Shown here: positions 20,581 to 30,884 of the stretch, piece by piece
How the letters are laid out: each line of letters begins with the position of its first letter
Numbering within the stretch: position 1 is the stretch's first letter
From: Candidatus Latescibacterota bacterium
Lineage (GTDB): Bacteria > Latescibacterota > UBA2968 > GCA-2709665
DNA length: 64,000 bases
Assembly: GCA_963662665.2 (NCBI GenBank)
Contig: CAXXJS010000051.1
Coordinates: forward strand, 19,222-83,221
Direction: 5' to 3'
Program-made: the position numbers and the translations under genes
The notes under the pieces: model-generated
The model's database searches: none
Seen by the model: only the letters and a program-made list of their open reading frames with translations
What the model was told of the DNA's origin: nothing

Positions 20581-22251
20581 ATGAAAAGCAATCCCGAATC
20601 GACGGACAGCACCCATGCGAATTGGGTGATTTCGCGTATGTTCAGGCCTCCCGAGTTGGTGAATTCCGGGTATATTGCCGAGAGCAAGGGCAAGGGGCCG
20701 GAGGTCTGGGCGATGTTCTGCGCGACGATACGGGGCGACCTGGCGCTGATTCGGAGGCTTGCCGGGCGCAATCCCGACCTTGTCCAATGCGTACATTACT
20801 ACACTCAACCCATAAAGTTCGCGGTGCGCGAGGGTCACGCGGAGGTCGTCCGTTACCTGCTGAAAACGGGAGTCAGTCCTTTCTACCGGACCCGGATTTT
20901 CCACGACTCGCTGGTCAACCTGGCGGCCGACCGGGAACACGACTCTATCGTGAAAATCCTGGAGGAAGCCATCAGCGAACGGAGCGGCGGGTACAGACGG
21001 GACACGGAACCCCTTGCGAACGAACTCATCGATGCCGTTCGCGCACGCGATTACGAGAAAACGGCACACATTGTCGGGCGTTCTCCTGAACGGGTCAGAT
21101 TGTGCAACGCGAACGGGACCACGGCTCTGCACGAGGCGGTTTCGATCGGCGACTTCCACCTGACCCGTCTGCTTCTGGACAACGGCGCCGATATTCAGGC
21201 GCAGGCCGGCACGGGCTTCAGCACCGGGCAGAAGCCGATCCACGTTGCAATCTACGCCGGATGGCGGGACAAGATTCTCATCCGGAAGAAATCGGCGCTG
21301 GCGGGTTATCTGGTCGCCCGGGGCGCGGACTACAATATCCTCGTGGCCTCTGCGTTCGGCGACACCCGGCGCGTCCGGGAATTCCTGGACGCCGAACCGT
21401 CCCTGGCCAATTTCCGCGACACATGCGACATGCTGCCCATATCCATCGCCGCCGGCCGGGGCCACCACGATATCGTGGAACTTCTGCTCGAACGCGGCGC
21501 CGATCCGAACGCGTCGGAACCGGACGCGCCTCGCGGAAAGGCCCTGCTCGAAGCCGTATTCCGTGGACATACCGCCACCGCCCGGTTGCTTCTACAGCAC
21601 GGCGCCGACCCCAATGGCAACGTGGACTCGACCGGCACGGCATTCCACCATGCCAGGAAGTACCCTGAACTCTACGAGTTGATGAAGTCGTACGGCGGCA
21701 GGACGGATATCATCCCCCCGATCAGCGCCGCGGTCAACGCCAACGACCTGCAGGGCGTGGACGACATACTCAAGAGAAATCCGGAAGAGATCGCGAACGC
21801 GAAACTTGGGAATCCCGCGCGGCGAGGCAGACTTGAAATGGTGAAACTGCTCGTAAAACACGGCGCGCCCGTATCCGGCGCGAATCACGGCAACTTCTTC
21901 CGGGTCTACCAAACGGCGAAATACCTCCTCGATAAGGGCGCGAATCCCAATTACAGGAACTGGCAGGGCATCTCCTCTCTCCACATGATTGCCCACGAAG
22001 GAGACGTTCAGAGAGCCGGTCTTCTGCTCGACTACGGCGCGGAGATCAACGCGATCGAACCGGAGTATTGCGCAACGCCGCTTGGACTGGCATGCCGGGC
22101 GGGTCATGCGCCAATGGTCGAGTTTCTCCTCGGGCGCGGGGCGGACGCCGGCCTGCCGCGCGAACATTCGTGGGCGAGGCCCCTGGCATGGGCGGAGAAG
22201 AAAGGACACCCCGAGGTGGCCCGGATTCTAAGGTCGCACGCGGCAACGTAA
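20581..22251 (+). CDS. Ankyrin repeat protein
   Basis: Many ankyrin repeats (GTTALHEAV, LLERGADPNA, TPLGLACRAGH). Confidence 0.92.
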   Translation: MKSNPESTDSTHANWVISRMFRPPELVNSGYIAESKGKGPEVWAMFCATIRGDLALIRRLAGRNPDLVQCVHYYTQPIKFAVREGHAEVVRYLLKTGVSPFYRTRIFHDSLVNLAADREHDSIVKILEEAISERSGGYRRDTEPLANELIDAVRARDYEKTAHIVGRSPERVRLCNANGTTALHEAVSIGDFHLTRLLLDNGADIQAQAGTGFSTGQKPIHVAIYAGWRDKILIRKKSALAGYLVARGADYNILVASAFGDTRRVREFLDAEPSLANFRDTCDMLPISIAAGRGHHDIVELLLERGADPNASEPDAPRGKALLEAVFRGHTATARLLLQHGADPNGNVDSTGTAFHHARKYPELYELMKSYGGRTDIIPPISAAVNANDLQGVDDILKRNPEEIANAKLGNPARRGRLEMVKLLVKHGAPVSGANHGNFFRVYQTAKYLLDKGANPNYRNWQGISSLHMIAHEGDVQRAGLLLDYGAEINAIEPEYCATPLGLACRAGHAPMVEFLLGRGADAGLPREHSWARPLAWAEKKGHPEVARILRSHAAT

Positions 22252-22347
22252 CAGTATCGGACAGTCCCTTTCGTGAACGCGTTCCCGCGTGCCCGCCAGC
22301 CGAACGGCGACAACCTGGAATGCATCGATGCGGACACGTGCAGGGCA

Positions 22348-23067
22348 TCAGGCCCGTCTGTGCGATTGCCACCATCTGGCGATGGGAAAGGGAGAATAGA
22401 CAAGGGAGAACATGGCCAGGCCGACGACGTCGAGAACAACGAGGTACCATGGCCACGGCAGGAAGAAGAATGGCGATACCGTGCCCCACGGGGGTTCGGA
22501 GAGATACATGTAATTCGAATCGCACAGGAGGTTGACAACCGCAACAACCGCCGCGAGCACGTGGAGCCCCACGAACGCTCTGAAGAGCCCGCCCGGCGTC
22601 GGTCGCATCTTCAGGCCCCACGTGGCGTAAAGGACCCCGGTAACAATTCCGGAATGTGCGATGAAATACTGGATAAACCGGTACTGCGGGTAATCAACCG
22701 CCAGGTTGCCGGGCGTAACTACCGCGTTCGCCGATCCGACGAGACCCCAGAAGTAGGCGATTTCGTAGGCCTTCTGATTGTGGAATATCAGGGTGATGGA
22801 CGTTGCGAACATCGCGATGCCGCAAAGGTGGAGGGGCAGGAAATATCGCAGGAAGATATCGGGGCCGTACCCGGAGATCCGGAATCCCCAGTGGATCAAT
22901 TCGTTGCCGAGGAGGAGGACTCCCAGCACAATGCCCAGAGTGGCGGCTGTCCGCGGCGATGCCCGTTTCGCGAGCAGCGAAAGCAGCACCGGCAGGGCCA
23001 CCGTCAACGCCATCGCCACCAGATGCGGCGGCCCGAACGGCTGAAATCCGCCCGTCAAACCGCCCAT
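22348..23067 (-). CDS. YwaF/TIGR02206-like integral membrane protein
   Basis: LPLHLC, YFWG, YFIAH, SNYMYL, PWPWY motifs. Confidence 0.85.
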   Translation of the reverse strand: MGGLTGGFQPFGPPHLVAMALTVALPVLLSLLAKRASPRTAATLGIVLGVLLLGNELIHWGFRISGYGPDIFLRYFLPLHLCGIAMFATSITLIFHNQKAYEIAYFWGLVGSANAVVTPGNLAVDYPQYRFIQYFIAHSGIVTGVLYATWGLKMRPTPGGLFRAFVGLHVLAAVVAVVNLLCDSNYMYLSEPPWGTVSPFFFLPWPWYLVVLDVVGLAMFSLVYSPFPIARWWQSHRRA

Positions 23068-25016
23068 CCCTCACTCGAAGTCAGGTCTCGTCCCACCCGC
23101 CACCTTTCGCCCGATACGCTGACGGTTATCTCCACGCGGTCATCCCCTGCCCGCACGCCAGCGGGCAGTTCGGCCGAAACGACCGGCGGCTCCGTGCCGC
23201 GATAGGGAACGATCACCGAGGCAAAAACCGTGGGCGCCTGGCTGTCCAGCGCGAACCGGAACGCCCTGCGCGGCGTACGGTACCCGTAGTCCCACGCGAA
23301 CCAGCCGGTCTCTTCGACCACGGTCGCCGAAGCACCGTGGGCCGCCTGCACGACGACATTCGCATCGTCAAATCCCGTGAACGCACGGTTTCCCCCACCG
23401 TTGAACGTGACGTCGCCAGGCGCAAACTGGAAATGCAGGGCCAACTGACCGGGCGCAATGCCTATCGCCTCGTCAAGGAAAACGAAGAAGCGACGGTCAA
23501 CGAACCAGACCGAACGACGGTGGATCAGACCGGGATAGGACCCGTTCTCCACCACCAGGACGTCTGAATCAGACCCTTCGGAGACCCACATCAGATGGCG
23601 CGCGTCGTCGGCGATATCCCGGCCGTCCAGCGTCAGGGTCTGATGCACCGAGGTCTGCCGGTGCCAGGCCCGGGCCTCTTTGTCCCGGCCATACGTGTAG
23701 AACCCCGTATCAGGCATCAGCCAGCGTCCGTAGGCGTACAATTCAAACGTCCCGTTATCGGGCTGGTCGTGGCTCGAAATCGCGGGCGGAGAACTGTGAA
23801 ACGCCATGTAGACCTGGTCGGGACCCCAGTCGTTTCGCATCACGCAGAAGCCGGCCTCCGTAAACGCGTGGCTCTTCCGGTCCGGGAGGGCATCGCGATT
23901 CAGATTCGCCCTTGCCGCGTATTTGGGATCGCCCAGCAGTCCGGTCGCCCGGACCAGTTCGTTGTATAACGGCCACCTTGTCCGATCGTCCGTGGTTTTC
24001 AACGGCCGCGAGCCATCCCCGAACATGGGCGGACCCAGGTCCGGCGTTGCGATCCAGAAGATGTAGTCGTACATCTTCCGCACGCGCTCCAGGAACGATT
24101 CCGGAATCTCAATGCCGAACGCGTCCAGGCGGCCGAAGATCTCCACGGCGTCCCTTAAAACACCCTGATGATAGCCGAAGGACCACTCTCTCTGGACCCC
24201 GTCCACCGTTGTCTGTCCCAGGATATTTTCCTCCACGCGCGCCAGCCCCAGTTCCATCCACTCGCGAGCTTCCCGGAACTCGCTGAACGTGTAGGCAACG
24301 TTGATGAATCCGCGCTGCTCAAACACGGCCTTGTTGTGAATGAGGCCCATCGGAATCAGCTCTGTTTTCGTCTGGTGGTCGTACAGACTCGCAAGCAGCA
24401 CGCCGAGGAACTCCGGCGTGAACGCCTCCGCCTGAACCAGGCCGCGAAACGCCGCGCAGATATTCGTCGCCCGGATGCCCGTCTGCAGGTCCAGCCACGC
24501 GAATCCCTTCCAGAATTTGTAAACCGGATGGGTTCTGGCGTGTTTTTCGAGCGGATGTTTCGATATCCAGTCGGTCGCCAGATCGACGAATGCCCGCGCG
24601 TACTTTTCGTCGCGGGTTGCCGCATAGGCGTTGACGAGCGGTGCGGCCCAATAGAAACGATAGAGGACGCATACCCATTCGATATCACCGGGCGCGTCCC
24701 ACTCCCAGTCCATATCGTCGCCGTACTGGGCCTCTTCGTACGGCCCCCATTGGAAGATGCGGCGGCAGATCTTGTTCGCCACTGTATGATCGCCTTTTCC
24801 GCGGGTCTCTTCCAGCGGGTATTTCGCACGGTAATAGTCCAGCAGCGCGGCAAGTGCGCCCAACCGGTCACCGGAATCAAATGCCTGTATTACCTGCTCC
24901 ATCCCGGTTCCTGTCAGATCCAGTTTTTCGAGAATGTGTTCCGGGTCCATTGACACCAGCGGCATCTCGTGATCGATCTGATCCGCGCCCGCGGGGCGCT
25001 CCACAACGTAAGTCAT
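23055..25016 (-). CDS. Heparinase II/III-family polysaccharide lyase
   Basis: DGVQREWSFGYH, PMFGDG, SHDQPDNGTFELYAYG, DTGFYTY, RQTSVHQTL. Confidence 0.88.
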   Translation of the reverse strand: MTYVVERPAGADQIDHEMPLVSMDPEHILEKLDLTGTGMEQVIQAFDSGDRLGALAALLDYYRAKYPLEETRGKGDHTVANKICRRIFQWGPYEEAQYGDDMDWEWDAPGDIEWVCVLYRFYWAAPLVNAYAATRDEKYARAFVDLATDWISKHPLEKHARTHPVYKFWKGFAWLDLQTGIRATNICAAFRGLVQAEAFTPEFLGVLLASLYDHQTKTELIPMGLIHNKAVFEQRGFINVAYTFSEFREAREWMELGLARVEENILGQTTVDGVQREWSFGYHQGVLRDAVEIFGRLDAFGIEIPESFLERVRKMYDYIFWIATPDLGPPMFGDGSRPLKTTDDRTRWPLYNELVRATGLLGDPKYAARANLNRDALPDRKSHAFTEAGFCVMRNDWGPDQVYMAFHSSPPAISSHDQPDNGTFELYAYGRWLMPDTGFYTYGRDKEARAWHRQTSVHQTLTLDGRDIADDARHLMWVSEGSDSDVLVVENGSYPGLIHRRSVWFVDRRFFVFLDEAIGIAPGQLALHFQFAPGDVTFNGGGNRAFTGFDDANVVVQAAHGASATVVEETGWFAWDYGYRTPRRAFRFALDSQAPTVFASVIVPYRGTEPPVVSAELPAGVRAGDDRVEITVSVSGERWRVGRDLTSSEGWAV

Positions 25017-25264
25017 TTCTCTTCCCTCGATGACGGGTTGTCATTCCGGTGAATCCGACCAACAGCTTATCGGCCCCTCCAAAACGCACCTAAATTACGT
25101 TCCGGTCGATGCGTTGGCAATACAATTGTTGGTGATTTTACAGGACCTGGGAACATGGATGCACGGGATGGGCAGGATGAAAACCGGACACCGCAGCTAC
25201 GCATGTGTATATTTGAAAGTAGTACTTGCAGATATGCTGTTATTTCAGTAATTTGGCAATCCTT

Positions 25265-26449
25265 ATGATTCCTCGCGAAATCACAGACCGACTGGTCGGG
25301 CTATTCAAGCAGTATCCCTTTGTTACTGTGACGGGACCGCGGCAGTCCGGCAAGACGACGCTCTGTCGCGCCGCGTTTCCCCATCTCGAATACGTCAACC
25401 TGGAAGCGCCCGATCAGCGCCTGTACGCCGAAACCGACCCGCGCGGTTTTCTTTCACAGCACGGTGATGGCGTCATCCTGGACGAGATCCAGCGGGTCCC
25501 GCAACTCCTTTCCTACCTCCAGGTCCTGGCTGACGAAAATGGCGGAAACAGTCTGTACGTCCTCACGGGCAGCGAGCAGTTCCGGCTCTCGAATTCCATC
25601 AGCCAGTCCCTGGCGGGACGTACGGCGCTGCTGTGTCTTCTGCCGTTCACCCTGGACGAACGCAGACGCGCGGGCGGCAGCGACCGGGTCGATGACATCC
25701 TGTACTCCGGGTTTTATCCGCGAATCCACGACCAGAAACTGGATCCACGGCAGGCGCTGGGCGATTATTTCGAAACATACGTCGAGCGAGACGTGCGCCG
25801 CCTTGGCGAGATCCGCAACCTCACCAGTTTTCGTCAATTCGCGCGCCTGTGCGCCGGGCGCGTGGGACAGTTGCTGAACGTCTCCTCGTTAGGCGCCGAC
25901 GCGGGCGTTTCCCATACCACGGCGCGGGAATGGCTGTCAATTCTGGAAGCCAGCTTTGTTGTCTTTCAACTTCCGCCTTTCCACGCGAATATTCGCAAGC
26001 GCCTGGTAAAATCGCCCAAACTCTACTTTTTCGACGTGGGATTGGCGAGTTATCTGATCGGAATCGAACATGCCGATCAGATTGCAACCCACCCGTTGCG
26101 CGGCGCGCTGTTCGAGAATGCCGTTGTCGCCGAGGCTACAAAGTACCTGTTCAATCGCGGCCGCCGGTCCAACCTGTCCTTTTTCCGCGATACACGCGGC
26201 CTCGAGTGCGACCTTCTCTATGAAATGGGGAATCGGACTGGCGCTATCGAGATCAAATCAGGCGCCACTGTCGCATCCGATTACTTCGATGCGCTGAACC
26301 GGATCGCAAGGCTCCTGCCGCAGGTCTCGGACAGGGGACTGGTCTATGGGGGCACGTTTCGTCAGGCCCGGCATGACGTTGACGTGGTGACGCTGAACGA
26401 CGTCGGCGACCTGCTCCAGCGGTTCGACAGCAACGATAAAGACTTATAG
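25265..26449 (+). CDS. AAA_14 ATPase with DUF4143 domain
   Basis: GPRQSGKTT, LDEIQ, LTGS, SLAGR, KSPKLYFFDVG, ECD...IEIKSG. Confidence 0.92.
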   Translation: MIPREITDRLVGLFKQYPFVTVTGPRQSGKTTLCRAAFPHLEYVNLEAPDQRLYAETDPRGFLSQHGDGVILDEIQRVPQLLSYLQVLADENGGNSLYVLTGSEQFRLSNSISQSLAGRTALLCLLPFTLDERRRAGGSDRVDDILYSGFYPRIHDQKLDPRQALGDYFETYVERDVRRLGEIRNLTSFRQFARLCAGRVGQLLNVSSLGADAGVSHTTAREWLSILEASFVVFQLPPFHANIRKRLVKSPKLYFFDVGLASYLIGIEHADQIATHPLRGALFENAVVAEATKYLFNRGRRSNLSFFRDTRGLECDLLYEMGNRTGAIEIKSGATVASDYFDALNRIARLLPQVSDRGLVYGGTFRQARHDVDVVTLNDVGDLLQRFDSNDKDL

Positions 26450-26476
26450 ATAACTTTTAAACAAGGATTTTCGCCC

Positions 26477-27466
26477 ATGGACTCGATTCGTTTGGGGCTG
26501 ATTGGATCGGGCGGTATGGCGCACAGCCGGGCGCGGGCTTTCGAAGATAAGGATGGATGCAGGCTGACCGCGCTGGCCGCCCGGAACCCGCAAACGGGCG
26601 CGGAACTGGCCCGTCAATACGATCTTCCGCTGCTGGGAGGCTGGCAGGACCTGATCGGCCGTTCCGACGTGGACGCCGTGGTGGTCTGCACCAACAACGA
26701 CAGCCATGGGCCCATTGCACGGGCCTCCCTGGAGGCCGGCAAACCCGTCTTTCTGGAATATCCCGTCGCGCGTCACACAGACGAAGGGACCGCCCTGGTC
26801 GAGCTGGCGCGTTCAACCGGCACGGTGCTGCGCGTGGCCCATCCGGAGGTCGTGTCCGGCGCTCACCGGCAACTCAAAGAGGCCGTCGGTTCGCTGGGTG
26901 GCCTGCTACTGGCGCTGTTCGTGCGGCTGACGCCTGGGCGAGGTGCGCGGCCGGAGGTGTTGTTCAACATCCACGCGTCGGGGCCGCCGAGCCTCTTCTT
27001 CGTCTACCAGGTCTACCCGCTGGTTGACCTCTTCGGCCCCGCGTCCTGGGTGGAAGGGTACGCCTACTATGACGGAATGGACAACGCAGGAACGTACAAG
27101 CGCTTCGTCAATCGCGTCGCCGTTGGATTCGCACGGGGAGGGTCGGCCGAATGGACCTGGGCGGGCGGAATTCCAATAGGCAATGCCGAACAACACCAGC
27201 GGATGGTTATGGATAGAGGAACGCTGGTTCACGGCGATGGCGGCTGGCGGGTTTCATCTGCCGACGGCAAGGAAACGCCACTGCCGTCGACCGGACGAGA
27301 GATATCGCTGGAAGGCCTTTTTTTTGAGGAAATTCGCGGCGACAGGCATGATTGGCGATCGGACCTGGATACAGCCCTCGAGGCCGTTCGCATCGGGCTG
27401 GGCGCCGAGGAGGCGGCAAACCGTGGCGGGCGGGTGCATCTGAGGGACGGCGGAACCAACCCGTGA
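26477..27466 (+). CDS. Gfo/Idh/MocA-family oxidoreductase
   Basis: IRLGLIGSGGMA, DVDAVVVCT, AGKPVFLEYP. Confidence 0.88.
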   Translation: MDSIRLGLIGSGGMAHSRARAFEDKDGCRLTALAARNPQTGAELARQYDLPLLGGWQDLIGRSDVDAVVVCTNNDSHGPIARASLEAGKPVFLEYPVARHTDEGTALVELARSTGTVLRVAHPEVVSGAHRQLKEAVGSLGGLLLALFVRLTPGRGARPEVLFNIHASGPPSLFFVYQVYPLVDLFGPASWVEGYAYYDGMDNAGTYKRFVNRVAVGFARGGSAEWTWAGGIPIGNAEQHQRMVMDRGTLVHGDGGWRVSSADGKETPLPSTGREISLEGLFFEEIRGDRHDWRSDLDTALEAVRIGLGAEEAANRGGRVHLRDGGTNP

Positions 27467-27540
27467 GGACTTACGCTCCTGCGGAACCGCTGGCGTGTTC
27501 GTCCCGCGGCCCGAAGGCGGCGGCTGAACGGAGACCCAGA

Positions 27541-30282
27541 ATGAACCTGGACAGACACGCAGTCCACATCGGACAGAATATTGGAGAGGGCGCGAGGCTC
27601 GCAACGGTTCTCGTCGCGGTCGCCCTTGTGTCCTTTCCGAGCCGGGCCGACGCCGGCACCTTCTCATTCGCCCTCATCGGCGACGTGCCCTACGCGGATG
27701 CCGACAGCATCCGGTTCGCAAGGGTGACCGACCGGATCAACGCGGAACGCGATGTTCAATGGGTCATCCACGCGGGCGACATCAAGCGCGGTGGACAGCC
27801 CTGTACGGACGCGGTTCTGGAAGAGCGCCTGGAGAGATTCAGCCGTTTCGAGCGTCCATTCATCCTTACGCCGGGCGACAACGACTGGACGGATTGTCAT
27901 CGGAAGATCGCTGGCCGTTTCGATCCGCTCGAGCGCCTTCAGAAGCTGCGGTCCCTGTTCTATCCCCGCGTCGGGATGACGCTCGGGAATCGGCCCATGC
28001 GGGTTGAATCCCAGGCGTCGGTGCCCGAATTCAGCGAGTTTCTCGAAAATGTCCGCTGGGAGCGGGACGGGGTACATTTCGCGACCATTCACATCGTGGG
28101 GAGCAGAAACGGTCTGCCAGCCTTTCAGCGCCGCGACTCGACCGAAGTTGGCGCGGTCCCGATGAGGACGGAACGGCACGACGCGGCGGTGGAGCGGCGC
28201 ACCGATGCGGGAATCGCATGGCTTCGACAGGCCTTTGCCGCGGCGGGTGAATCGGGCAAAGGACTTTTTCTTACCCTTCACGCGTCGATGGGCCTGGAGC
28301 AAAAGCCGGCGCCGGACCCGCCCCACTTCCAGGCCCTCCTCGACGTGTTGCGCGAGGAAACAGAGCGATTCGGCCGGCCCGTTGTCCTCGCGCACGGCGA
28401 CTCGCACTATTTCCGGATCGACAAGCCGCTTCGACGCAGGGGGGGCGGACGACGCCTCTCGAATTTCACCCGCGTGGAGACGTTCGGCGCTGCGGACGTG
28501 CACTGGATCGAGGTCACGGTGGACCCCGCCAGCGAGAACGTGTTCAGCTTTGAACAGAGAATCGTGAAGGAAGAACGGATGAACGGAAAACAAAGCAAAT
28601 TGACGGAAAGGACCGGAATGACCGCCGAAAAATCCGGCGAAACGGAACGAACGCCGCAGGACATCATCGACGCCATGCACCGCCCGTCCTGGTGTGTCAA
28701 CACGGACGAGGGACGCCTGTATTGGAAACTGATCGGCGCCGCAATCCGAAACGACGCCGATGCCCTGCGTGAACACCTGCGCGCGGAACCGGACTGCGCC
28801 AGACTGCAGTTCTGGTATACGTCCCCGATTCACTTCGCGGTGCGGGAGGGCAATCTGGACGCGACGAGAGTGCTGTGGGAAGCCTACGCGCACGACGAGG
28901 TGGCCGATCTGATTGCCATGGCCGACGATCGCGGTCACACGTCTGTCGCGGATTATTTGCGGAAAGCCGTTGGGGCCGCGACGGGCGCATCGGAGCCGCG
29001 GCTCCATGCGGCGGTGAAATCCGGAGACTACGCGGAGATCGAACGGTTGCTTGAAGATTCGGACGGGACCGCAAAAGAGCGGGACGCAGAAGGCAGGACG
29101 GCGCTCCACGTTGCCGTCATCGAGCGGGACGAGGCAGCGGTCAGGCTACTTCTCAAGAGCAATATCAAGGTCGACGCGACCGACCATGCCGGTTTTCGCG
29201 CCGTCCACTACACCCGCTGGCGCGATCTGATGTGGCACCGGCCGAAGGGGAACCCGAAACTGGCGGAACTGCTTCTCCAAGCAGGCTCACGCGACACCCC
29301 CACGCTGGCTGCCGCGAGGGGCGACCTGAATGCCGTACGGGCATTTGTCGCCGCGGACCCGGCGGCCGTGAATGACGGAGAAAAACTTCAGAAGCGGCCC
29401 CTGTCGGCCGCCGTGGAGGGAGGGCACCGGGAAATTGTCCGCTTTCTCCTGGACAACGGCGCGGACCCCGGTCTGCCGGAGAGTCGCCTTTGCCCCTACG
29501 GGTCGTCGCTGATGACTGCCACGGTGGAAGACAACCTGGAAGTTGCGACCTGGCTGCTGGAAGCGGGGGCCGATCCGAACGGGCACGTGGACTCCTCGGG
29601 GTCCCCCTCGATCCGCGCCCGTTCGGATGCCATGCGGGGGCTGCTCTACGGTTACGGCGGACGCGCATCCGGGGCGTGGGGCTACGTTCAGCGCGGTGAA
29701 CTCGAAACTCTGGCTGCTGTTCTGAGATACACCGACGATCCTTTTTCCAACGAGGAGAGCGAGTACCTGACCACGCCCTACACGGCCGTAATCAGCGGCT
29801 GCGGGCGGATGGAGGAACGGGGAGAATCCACGGACGCCCACGAGGCGATGTTCAATATGTTCCTGCAGCGCAAACACCCGATGCCCCTCGTGCTGACCGC
29901 GTGCAAGACCTACCTCTACCACGTGCCGCGAATGACGCGCCGGCTCCTCGAACACGGTCTGGATCCGGACCTTCCCGACTGGATGCGGCGGACCCCGTTG
30001 CACGACCTGTGCCGCGGCAACCGGGCCGTGTCCGACCACGCCGGGATGGTGCGCATGTTCCTCGAATTCGGCGCCGACATCAACGCGATCGACGAGGAAG
30101 ACCGGTCAACACCCCTGGGTATCGCCGCACGCGAAGGCAACGCGGAACTGGTCGGGCTGCTCCTGGAGCGAGGCGCCGACCCCAACGCGGCGGGCGCCGA
30201 ATGGGCCGCGCCACTGGCATGGGCGAGACGCCGCGGGCACGAAGATGTCGCAAAGATGCTTCAGGATCGAGGCGCCCGGTAG
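27541..30282 (+). CDS. In-frame fusion of a secreted calcineurin-like metallophosphoesterase and an ankyrin repeat protein
   Basis: Signal-peptide-like segment ending ADA; GDVPY, HAGDIK, PGDNDWTDCH, HGDSH; ankyrin repeats after an internal RBS plus ATG at 28618. Alternative start GTG 27463. Confidence 0.8.
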   Translation: MNLDRHAVHIGQNIGEGARLATVLVAVALVSFPSRADAGTFSFALIGDVPYADADSIRFARVTDRINAERDVQWVIHAGDIKRGGQPCTDAVLEERLERFSRFERPFILTPGDNDWTDCHRKIAGRFDPLERLQKLRSLFYPRVGMTLGNRPMRVESQASVPEFSEFLENVRWERDGVHFATIHIVGSRNGLPAFQRRDSTEVGAVPMRTERHDAAVERRTDAGIAWLRQAFAAAGESGKGLFLTLHASMGLEQKPAPDPPHFQALLDVLREETERFGRPVVLAHGDSHYFRIDKPLRRRGGGRRLSNFTRVETFGAADVHWIEVTVDPASENVFSFEQRIVKEERMNGKQSKLTERTGMTAEKSGETERTPQDIIDAMHRPSWCVNTDEGRLYWKLIGAAIRNDADALREHLRAEPDCARLQFWYTSPIHFAVREGNLDATRVLWEAYAHDEVADLIAMADDRGHTSVADYLRKAVGAATGASEPRLHAAVKSGDYAEIERLLEDSDGTAKERDAEGRTALHVAVIERDEAAVRLLLKSNIKVDATDHAGFRAVHYTRWRDLMWHRPKGNPKLAELLLQAGSRDTPTLAAARGDLNAVRAFVAADPAAVNDGEKLQKRPLSAAVEGGHREIVRFLLDNGADPGLPESRLCPYGSSLMTATVEDNLEVATWLLEAGADPNGHVDSSGSPSIRARSDAMRGLLYGYGGRASGAWGYVQRGELETLAAVLRYTDDPFSNEESEYLTTPYTAVISGCGRMEERGESTDAHEAMFNMFLQRKHPMPLVLTACKTYLYHVPRMTRRLLEHGLDPDLPDWMRRTPLHDLCRGNRAVSDHAGMVRMFLEFGADINAIDEEDRSTPLGIAAREGNAELVGLLLERGADPNAAGAEWAAPLAWARRRGHEDVAKMLQDRGAR

Positions 30283-30317
30283 ACAGAATCCTCGTCGCGA
30301 ACGGGAGTAATTGACAG

Positions 30318-30884
30318 ATGGCACGCGAGACGGAAACACATCCTCGATTCCTGGCGCTCCTCCGGGGCATTAACGTCGGCGGGAAGAATATCGTCCCGAA
30401 AGACCCGCTCCGCGAGTGCTTCGAAGACATGGGATTTCGCAGCGTCCGCACCTACATTCAGAGCGGTAACATCCTGTTCCGGTCTGCCGAAACCGACGCC
30501 TTGGCGCTGACGGGAAAGATCGAACGCGCCCTTTCTGACCGATTCTCGTACCATGCCCGCGCCGTCGTCCTGTCCCGGAGCGCATTCCGGCTGGCGGTTG
30601 ACGCCGCCCCGGAGAAATGGGGAGAAGACGATGCGTATATGCACCATGCGCTCTTCACGCTGGCCGAAACCACGCCGAAACACGTTCTCTCCAGACTCCG
30701 TGCGCCGAAACCGGAGTTCGAGACGGTCACCGCCGGGCCCGGCGTGATCTACTGGTCGATATCCCGGTCCCGCCCGACCCGCTCCACGTGGGTAAGGCTG
30801 CCGGCCTCACAGGAATATCAGAAGCTCACCGCCCGAAATCACAACACGGTATTCAGACTGACACAACTGTTTGAGGAGATATAG
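30318..30884 (+). CDS. DUF1697-family protein
   Basis: ALLRGINVGGKN, VRTYIQSGN, TARNHNTV. Confidence 0.9.
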   Translation: MARETETHPRFLALLRGINVGGKNIVPKDPLRECFEDMGFRSVRTYIQSGNILFRSAETDALALTGKIERALSDRFSYHARAVVLSRSAFRLAVDAAPEKWGEDDAYMHHALFTLAETTPKHVLSRLRAPKPEFETVTAGPGVIYWSISRSRPTRSTWVRLPASQEYQKLTARNHNTVFRLTQLFEEI

